64,000 bases of DNA from an uncultured Gammaproteobacteria bacterium (GTDB lineage Bacteria; Patescibacteriota; Patescibacteriia; 2-01-FULL-39-33): positions 16,356 through 80,355 of the forward strand of contig CAZLFP010000002.1 in NCBI GenBank assembly GCA_964558935.1. The letters are read 5' to 3'. Below are positions 57,534 through 64,000 of the stretch, one piece after another. Position 1 is the first letter of the stretch. Each line of letters opens with the position of its first letter. Position numbers and translations under genes: made by a program. Under the pieces are notes generated by a model. It was not told the DNA's origin. It ran no database searches and saw only the letters and a list, made by a program, of their open reading frames with translations.

Positions 57534-59237
57534 CTATTCAGCCACTCTAAAGACTTCTTCAACTGTGGTAATCCCGTCCAAAGCTTTTAATAAGCCGTCT
57601 TGAGCCATGGTTATTACACCCTTGTCATGAGCTATTTTCTTAACTTCCACCTCAGATATGTCAGAATTAATTTTTTGTTTAACATCATCATCTATGGGCA
57701 TGATTTCGTAAATGCCAATTCTGCCTTTAAAAGTCAGACCCTGACATTTGTCACAACCTTGGCCGGCATAAAACTTTAGATTATTAATATCCACTTGTTC
57801 ACCTGAGGCTGCAGGTATTTTGGCCAGTAAATTTTTAGCTCTTTCCAGCAGTTCAGACTCCAGTTCTACTTCTTGTTTGCAGTGATCACAAATACGTCTG
57901 ACCAGTCTTTGTCCAATGGCTACGTTTAAAGCTGGTGCTAGTAAGAACGGTTTAACGCCCATAGATAGAAATCTGGGAATAGTGCCAAAGGCATCATTGG
58001 TATGAATGGTGGATAGCACTAAGTGTCCGGTTAATGCGGCTTGAATGGCAATTTCAGCCGTTTCCAAGTCTCTGATTTCACCCACCATAATAATATCCGG
58101 ATCTTGGCGCACAATCGATCTTAAACCTTTGGCAAAAGTATAGTCTTTGTTGACTTGACTTTGGTTAATGCCTTCCAGCTCGTATTCGATTGGATCCTCA
58201 ATGGTAATAATTTTCGTTTCCGGATTGTTCAATTTTCTCAAGATCGAATACAGAGTGGTGGTTTTACCGGAACCGGTTGGACCGGTCGTAATGATCATGC
58301 CATTGGGACGACTAATTTCTCTTTGTAGAACCTTAAAAGCTTGTCCTCTCAGGCCTAAATCTTCAAACGCCAAACCAACAGCTGTTGACATGAGAAGACG
58401 CATTACAATGCTTTCTCCAAAAGCAGTTGGCAGAGCAGAGACACGCACATCCACCTTGCCTTGGTCTAAATAGATAGTAAATCTACCATCTTGTGGTCGG
58501 TCTGTGATATTGATTTTCAACTGAGCCAATTGTTTCATTCTGGAAGCCACCTTGGGCCAGATTTCTTTATTTAAAATGGCAGCATCGTTTAATACACCGT
58601 CAATTCTGTATCTAATCTTGACATCTTTTTCTTCAGCTTCAATATGAATATCTGACGAACGTGCCTTAATGGCGGCAGCGATCAGCAGGGTTACCATGTC
58701 TGTAATGGAGGTTTTTTGAATGGTTTGGTTTAAAGTTGTAAAGTCAGCGATTTCTTTTTCAAAGCGGTCCAAGTCAGCTTGCTTAATGTCTAAACCGGAT
58801 TTGAATTCCCTTAATTTGGGAAGAATTTGGTATAGTTTGTAGGCGGATTGAAAGCTGTTTTCCGACATCAGGCTGATTGAAACTTGGGCATGTAATTTAT
58901 CTGACAGCTCTTTAGCCAAATTCTTAATATTTTGGTTGTAGTCTGTGGTCGCAATTTTAATGGTTGCCCCGTCGTTTAAATAACAAATGACTTTGTGTTT
59001 TTGGGAGGTGGCTTCATCTAGTGTTCGAATACTTTCCGGGCTGATTTGAAAGCCAACCAAATTAACATAGCCAATACCAAGTAAAGCGGCTTTGTTTTCC
59101 GTTTCTTCTTCTATGTCTTTTAAGGTGATTTGTTTGATCTTGGATTGTAATTCTTGTTCAGTTGAAGCGTCCTCATCTGCCTGGCCTTTATGGCTGGGCA
59201 GCAAGTCTTCAATGGATGGACCGATTCCCATAGTCAA
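57534..59237 (-). CDS. pilB: GspE/PilB-family secretion/pilus assembly ATPase
   Basis: Walker A TGPTGSGKTTTLYS. Asp and His boxes. C-terminal CxxC ... CxxC. 567 aa. Confidence 0.85.
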   Translation of the reverse strand: MTMGIGPSIEDLLPSHKGQADEDASTEQELQSKIKQITLKDIEEETENKAALLGIGYVNLVGFQISPESIRTLDEATSQKHKVICYLNDGATIKIATTDYNQNIKNLAKELSDKLHAQVSISLMSENSFQSAYKLYQILPKLREFKSGLDIKQADLDRFEKEIADFTTLNQTIQKTSITDMVTLLIAAAIKARSSDIHIEAEEKDVKIRYRIDGVLNDAAILNKEIWPKVASRMKQLAQLKINITDRPQDGRFTIYLDQGKVDVRVSALPTAFGESIVMRLLMSTAVGLAFEDLGLRGQAFKVLQREISRPNGMIITTGPTGSGKTTTLYSILRKLNNPETKIITIEDPIEYELEGINQSQVNKDYTFAKGLRSIVRQDPDIIMVGEIRDLETAEIAIQAALTGHLVLSTIHTNDAFGTIPRFLSMGVKPFLLAPALNVAIGQRLVRRICDHCKQEVELESELLERAKNLLAKIPAASGEQVDINNLKFYAGQGCDKCQGLTFKGRIGIYEIMPIDDDVKQKINSDISEVEVKKIAHDKGVITMAQDGLLKALDGITTVEEVFRVAE

Positions 59238-59340
59238 AGTTAGGATAATAATTATTTGTATTATAGACTTTTTAAACTGTCTTTACAAGCATAAACCCCG
59301 CCTTGAATGAGGGCGGGGTTGAGTGAATATTAGCTTGAAG

Positions 59341-60360
59341 TTATTTACTGGCTAGGCGGTCTGTAAATTTTTGGTATGTCCTGATAATCTTAGCTATTCC
59401 GTCATTACTACTGATTTTGTTAAATAAAATTGTCCAGCATGACCATTGAAAAACACTTAAAATAGCTGTTGAGAAAACCACCAAAGCGACAGCTAGGAAG
59501 AAAGTTAAGCCGGCAATAATCAATTTTAAGTAATATGGTATGCCAATGTAAAAAGGTAAGACTACAATCGTAGTGGCGGTTAAGATGGTTGTTAGTAGAG
59601 TAACTGTGACAAAGGTTAAAAAGTAGATGATAAAGAGTAAGAACGCCATTTCCAATGAGACCAACCAATTGCGTTTAAAGAGTTCCCAGGCTTGGTCCAT
59701 AGCTTGGAAGATGGGTTTTTTCTTCAGGACAATGTACAGAATTTGGAAACGCACCAAAAAAGCGACAATAACAGCCAAGAAGACGAAAAGAATGAAAGAT
59801 AGGTAATAGACAATGCGACCAGCGAGTTCCAAATCTGCCAAAAGCAGCAACTCTTTGCCCAAGATATATACGGCTAGCCCTAAGATGACTTTCAGTGTGA
59901 TATCCACCGCCAAGACCGGCCAAAAATATTTATTGCCCTGAACCAGAGCTTGGTTTAAGGATGTTTTACGGTTACGGCTTAAGGTGTTGATGCTGTTGAT
60001 TAAACCAGCTTGCGAGACAACAGAGAGCCAGAGTATAAAGATGGCAAAAGCTATGACTAGCAGCAGCATTAAAAGGGAAGCTAAGATATTTAAAGGATGA
60101 CTGCTCAAACCGGCGTAAATGCCAGTCCATGCATTGCCGCTAATCGCCAGTCCCTCTTGCCAACCGGTGGCAAAACCAACCCAGATACTGTTAAGGAAAC
60201 TGTTCTCCAGCTCTGGATCAGATAAGGTTCTGAACAAAACTTCAAATTCACCACTTGTAACTAAAGCTGCAAAAAAGCCTAGAAACCAAATTGCCTTGAA
60301 TTTCTTGGTAATTGACCAAGCCTGAGCAAAGATTGGTCGGTATAGTTGGTCTGTTCGCAT
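59341..60360 (-). CDS. Hypothetical polytopic membrane protein
   Basis: 339 aa with about 7 TM helices. Not PilC-like (no GspF repeats). Confidence 0.5.
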   Translation of the reverse strand: MRTDQLYRPIFAQAWSITKKFKAIWFLGFFAALVTSGEFEVLFRTLSDPELENSFLNSIWVGFATGWQEGLAISGNAWTGIYAGLSSHPLNILASLLMLLLVIAFAIFILWLSVVSQAGLINSINTLSRNRKTSLNQALVQGNKYFWPVLAVDITLKVILGLAVYILGKELLLLADLELAGRIVYYLSFILFVFLAVIVAFLVRFQILYIVLKKKPIFQAMDQAWELFKRNWLVSLEMAFLLFIIYFLTFVTVTLLTTILTATTIVVLPFYIGIPYYLKLIIAGLTFFLAVALVVFSTAILSVFQWSCWTILFNKISSNDGIAKIIRTYQKFTDRLASK

Positions 60361-60473
60361 ATCTTAGATTATTTTTTATCTCCCTTATATTATAACATAA
60401 AAAAGAAAATGTAGAAATAAAAAAGAATATCAATTAAAAAAACTCCCCATACAGGGGAGTTTTAGATCTAACC

Positions 60474-62306
60474 TTATTTAACCTCTTCTTTCTTTTCTTC
60501 AAACAAAGCTTTAAATTCTTCTGCTTCAATAGTTTCTTTTTCCAGCAGTTCATTAGCTATCTTGTCCAGCATCTCCCTATTCTCAGTAATGATTTTGGTG
60601 GCTAAAGCAGCCGCTTCATCTGTTAAGCGTTTAATTTCTTCATCTATTTCCTGAGCTGTTTTTTCCGAATAATCTCTTTGTTCATGCAGTTCTCTACCCA
60701 AGAAAACCAATTCTTCTTTTTGACCAAAAGTTCTTAGTCCCATTTTGTCACTCATGCCGTACTCCGTAATTAACTGTTTGGCTAACTGGGTTACTTGTCT
60801 TAAATCTCCTTGAGCTCCGGTGGTAACTTGGTTAAAGACCACATCTTCAGCAATTCTACCACCCAAACTAACAGCCAAGTCTTCCAGGAATTCTTCTTTA
60901 GTGTGTAGTTTTCGGTCTTCCAATGGCAGTTTTAAAGTAAAACCGGCTGCGCTACCTCGTGAGATAATGGATACTTTGGAAACCGGATCGGTGTTCGGCA
61001 AGAGATGGGCGACCAAAGCATGACCGGCTTCATGGTAAGCAGTAATTTTCTTTTCTTGTTCGTTTAAGATGTGACTCTTTCTTTCCGGCCCCAACATAAC
61101 CTTATCTATACTTCTTAAAATATGATCATTGGTAACTTGTTTCTTATTTTCCAAAGCGGTTAAAATGGCTGCTTCATTTAACAGATTAGCCAGATCTGCT
61201 CCGGAAAAACCAGGTGTTCTCTCGGCTGTTAATCTTAGATTAACCTCAGGAGATAAGGGTTTGGTTTTGGCGTGTACTTTTAGAATGGCTTCTCTGTCAT
61301 TGATATCCGGTAAGTCTAAAATAACTCTTCGGTCAAAACGACCTGGTCGCAGCAGTGCTTTGTCTAAAACGTCTGGTCGGTTGGTGGCAGCAATGACGAT
61401 AACATTGGCGTTGGGTTCAAAACCATCCATTTCAACCAAGATTTGGTTTAAGGTTTGTTCTCTTTCATCATGAGAACCGCCCAGGCCAGCCCCTCGTTGT
61501 CTGCCCACTGCATCTATTTCATCGATAAAGATAATACAGGGAGAATTCTTTTTGGCTTTTTTAAACAAATCTCTAACTCTGGAAGCACCCACACCGACAA
61601 ACATTTCCACAAATTCTGAACCGGAAATAGAAAAGAATGGCACACTGGCTTCACCGGCTACGGCTTTAGCCAATAAAGTTTTACCGGTTCCAGGAGCGCC
61701 TAAAAGCAGAACGCCTTTTGGAATCTTAGCTCCCAAGGCAATGAATTTTTTGGGATTCTTTAAAAAATCCACTACCTCAGTTAATTCTTGCTTGGCCTCT
61801 TTAACACCAGCTACATCTTTAAAAGCCACTTTGGTGTTTTTGTTGGGATTAAATTCTTTGGCCTGGCTTTGTCCAAAACTCATGGCTTTGTTGTTGGCAC
61901 CTTGAGCTTGTCGCATAATGAACCAAAAAAAGGCGACAAAAAAGATAATGGGAATAACAAAAGGCAAAACAGTCACTAAAACAATTTGCCAATCGCTATC
62001 CGTTTGCACTTCAATATCTATTTGTCTGATTTTTTCAGGATCAACACTGTAATTGTTTAAAAGTGAGCTCAAGCTTTCAGTCATTTCCTTTTTTGCAATT
62101 TCCTGTCTTTGATCTTTTAAAGTAATTAAGAGCTTCGTGTCCTGAACTTCAATTTTTTGAACCTGGTCGGTTTCTATCTGGTTGATTAAAGTTGTAATAT
62201 CTACCGGTTCGATATTATCTTCAGACAAATTAAAAAAACTGAGCAAGGCGCCGATTAGAATTAGCACCAAAAAAAAGATTAATACATTTTTAGTCACACT
62301 TTTCAT
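60474..62306 (-). CDS. ftsH: ATP-dependent zinc metalloprotease FtsH
   Basis: Two N-terminal TM helices. AAA Walker [21 protein letters not shown] region. Zinc motif HEAGHA. Confidence 0.95.
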   Translation of the reverse strand: MKSVTKNVLIFFLVLILIGALLSFFNLSEDNIEPVDITTLINQIETDQVQKIEVQDTKLLITLKDQRQEIAKKEMTESLSSLLNNYSVDPEKIRQIDIEVQTDSDWQIVLVTVLPFVIPIIFFVAFFWFIMRQAQGANNKAMSFGQSQAKEFNPNKNTKVAFKDVAGVKEAKQELTEVVDFLKNPKKFIALGAKIPKGVLLLGAPGTGKTLLAKAVAGEASVPFFSISGSEFVEMFVGVGASRVRDLFKKAKKNSPCIIFIDEIDAVGRQRGAGLGGSHDEREQTLNQILVEMDGFEPNANVIVIAATNRPDVLDKALLRPGRFDRRVILDLPDINDREAILKVHAKTKPLSPEVNLRLTAERTPGFSGADLANLLNEAAILTALENKKQVTNDHILRSIDKVMLGPERKSHILNEQEKKITAYHEAGHALVAHLLPNTDPVSKVSIISRGSAAGFTLKLPLEDRKLHTKEEFLEDLAVSLGGRIAEDVVFNQVTTGAQGDLRQVTQLAKQLITEYGMSDKMGLRTFGQKEELVFLGRELHEQRDYSEKTAQEIDEEIKRLTDEAAALATKIITENREMLDKIANELLEKETIEAEEFKALFEEKKEEVK

Positions 62307-62368
62307 GAGTTTATTTCAAGTTAGATATGAGTTATAATATATGCATATAATAATGATTTTGACTCAAA

Positions 62369-62956
62369 ATGTCAAATAAGTTGAAAAAAATTACGGATCA
62401 GGTACTGGCTACCAGTCTATTAAAGTTAATTCCTGGTTGGTTAAGCCCCAATTTCTTTTCGGTCTTAAGGTTGGTACTCATCCCTTTTGTGGTTCTGTTT
62501 ATCGTTCTAAATTGGTTTGGTTTAAGCTTAAGTCTGTTTATTTTGGCAGCTGTCTCAGACAGTATAGACGGAGCTTTAGCCAGAACCAGGCATCAGATAT
62601 CTGACAAAGGTGTTTTAATGGATCCGGTGGCAGATAAGTTGTTAATCATCTTAACTATTTTGTTTTTAATGTTATATTATCCAGAACCTGTCTTGTTTAT
62701 TGCAATCATTGTTATTAATATCATCTTAGGCTTGGGTGCGTTCATATCCTTGGTTATTAAAGGGCAAGCTCCAACTTCTAATGTAGTTGGCAATCTAAAG
62801 ATGATGTTGGAATCTTTAGGCATTGTTTGTGTTTTTATCTTCTTAGCTTTCCCAACCATCTATACCTACTGGTTATCCGTTGCTGTTTTAATAACCGCAT
62901 TGTTGCTTGGCATGTTAAGCATTCTAGTCTACACTTACCGACATGTTATGGAATAA
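62369..62956 (+). CDS. CDP-alcohol phosphatidyltransferase family protein
   Basis: Motif DSIDGALAR-x8-G-x3-DPVADK, i.e. D-G-x2-AR ... G-x3-D-x3-D. 195 aa. Membrane-embedded. Confidence 0.8.
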   Translation: MSNKLKKITDQVLATSLLKLIPGWLSPNFFSVLRLVLIPFVVLFIVLNWFGLSLSLFILAAVSDSIDGALARTRHQISDKGVLMDPVADKLLIILTILFLMLYYPEPVLFIAIIVINIILGLGAFISLVIKGQAPTSNVVGNLKMMLESLGIVCVFIFLAFPTIYTYWLSVAVLITALLLGMLSILVYTYRHVME

Positions 62957-62987
62957 AAAAACTCCCTAGCCATAGGGAGTTTTTTAT

Positions 62988-63986
62988 TTAAGCTTGTTCT
63001 TCTGCTTGAGGTGTATCAGCCGGAACTGCTTTTTTGTCTTCAGCCGGCTCTTCTGCTTTAGGTTCTTGAGATGTTTCTTCAACTTTTGGTTCTTCTTGTG
63101 TTTCCTTCTTTACTTCTTCCGGTTTAGGTTCAACCAAACTTAAGCCCAATCGATGATTCTTGGGTTCCATGGAAACAATGAAGAAATCCAGTTCATCACC
63201 AGCCTTGGCTACATCATGGATGTTGTTAACCGGCTTGTCTGTTAATTGGGAAATATGGGCCAAGCCTTGAATATCTTCATCGATTTTGACAAATAATCCA
63301 AAGGGATTGGCTTTCACTACCTTGCCTTTAACTTTTTGTCCAATTTTGTATTTCTTGTCTAATTCAGCCCAGGGATCAGTGGCTAATTTCTTCATAGATA
63401 AAAAGATTTTGGAATTTTCAATGCCAATGATCTCAGCTTTAACGCTCTGGCCAACTTTGACAAAATCATTCGGATCATCAATTCGTTGCCAAGCGATTTC
63501 AGAGATATGGATCAAGCCTTCCAACTTGTCGAATTCCACAAACACTCCAAAGTCAGTTACGGCTGTCACCTTACCTTCAATGACATCGCCTACTTGGTAT
63601 TTGTTGATCACATGCTGTTGAGTTTGTTCCCACGCCGCCTTCTCTGAGACGATTAACTTATCTTCGTTTTCATTGGCATCAATAATTTTAGCTTCAAACT
63701 TTTGTCCAATGTAGCTTTTGAGAATTTCCAAGATTCTGTTCTTGTCACCACCCTGAACTCTAGGATAGTGTTCCGGAGATAATTGAGAAACCGGTAGAAA
63801 GCCGATGGTGTTTTCGACTTTAATCATCAAGCCGCCTTTATTGGCGTCAGTAATTAATGCTTCCACCACGGCACCGTCTTGCTCATACTGTTTAATGTTT
63901 TTCCAAGCTTTTTGTCTGCCTGCGTAACGGAAAGACAGTTCCATTTCACCATTTTCATTTTCCAATTCCAAAACGGTCGCTTCCAC
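62988..63986 (-). CDS. rpsA: 30S ribosomal protein S1 (may extend past window end)
   Basis: Multiple S1 repeats (GDVIEGKVTAVTDFGVFVEF, GQKVKGKVVKANPFGLFVKI). Acidic C-terminal tail. Frame still open near 64000. Confidence 0.8.
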   Translation of the reverse strand: MEATVLELENENGEMELSFRYAGRQKAWKNIKQYEQDGAVVEALITDANKGGLMIKVENTIGFLPVSQLSPEHYPRVQGGDKNRILEILKSYIGQKFEAKIIDANENEDKLIVSEKAAWEQTQQHVINKYQVGDVIEGKVTAVTDFGVFVEFDKLEGLIHISEIAWQRIDDPNDFVKVGQSVKAEIIGIENSKIFLSMKKLATDPWAELDKKYKIGQKVKGKVVKANPFGLFVKIDEDIQGLAHISQLTDKPVNNIHDVAKAGDELDFFIVSMEPKNHRLGLSLVEPKPEEVKKETQEEPKVEETSQEPKAEEPAEDKKAVPADTPQAEEQA

Positions 63987-64000
63987 TTGGTCACCCGGTT

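Overview
The window reads as a low-GC (about 38%) genome with a compact housekeeping gene set. It is compatible with a reduced-genome Gram-positive-like or Patescibacteria/CPR-type organism; that placement is inference from gene content and composition only.

Core genes recognised:
- RNA and protein turnover and translation: pnp (5' partial), rplT-rpmI-infC, smpB, glyQS, pth, der, tsaD-tsaE, rpsA (at the window edge), ftsH.
- Chaperones and metabolism: groES-groEL behind a perfect CIRCE element, pyk-ppsA, gpmI, pyrE-pyrF.
- Envelope: lspA, lgt, an M23/LysM peptidase, a PilB-like ATPase.
- DNA replication, partition and repair: parA-parB, topA-dprA.
- SOS module: lexA and a Y-family polymerase on one strand, a divergent SRAP/YedK-like gene, and a shared Cheo-type LexA box between them.
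- Six tRNAs: Asp, Leu, Met, fMet (as a three-gene cluster) and Glu.

Interspersed in this AT-rich backbone are several sharply GC-rich (about 50-60%) ORFan segments. The clearest is a promoter-to-terminator cassette at 18.8-21.3 kb with four translationally coupled genes: a small basic protein, a zinc-ribbon protein and two polytopic membrane proteins. It sits beside a TrbC/VirB2-like pilin, a DUF5320/DUF134 gene pair and TspO. Others are a three-small-ORF operon at 17.4-17.9 kb, a 361-aa coiled-coil membrane protein divergent from a 1470-aa acidic giant protein at 28.9-34.7 kb, and an island flanking tRNA-Glu at 53.5-56.0 kb.

Two candidate structured ncRNAs stand out. One (about 3.8-4.16 kb) has a perfect sigma70 promoter, a rho-independent terminator and a DnaA-box cluster just upstream. 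The other (about 51.05-51.5 kb) contains two perfect 12-bp long-range stems. I could not identify either one.

No CRISPR arrays, rRNA genes or obvious transposases were seen.
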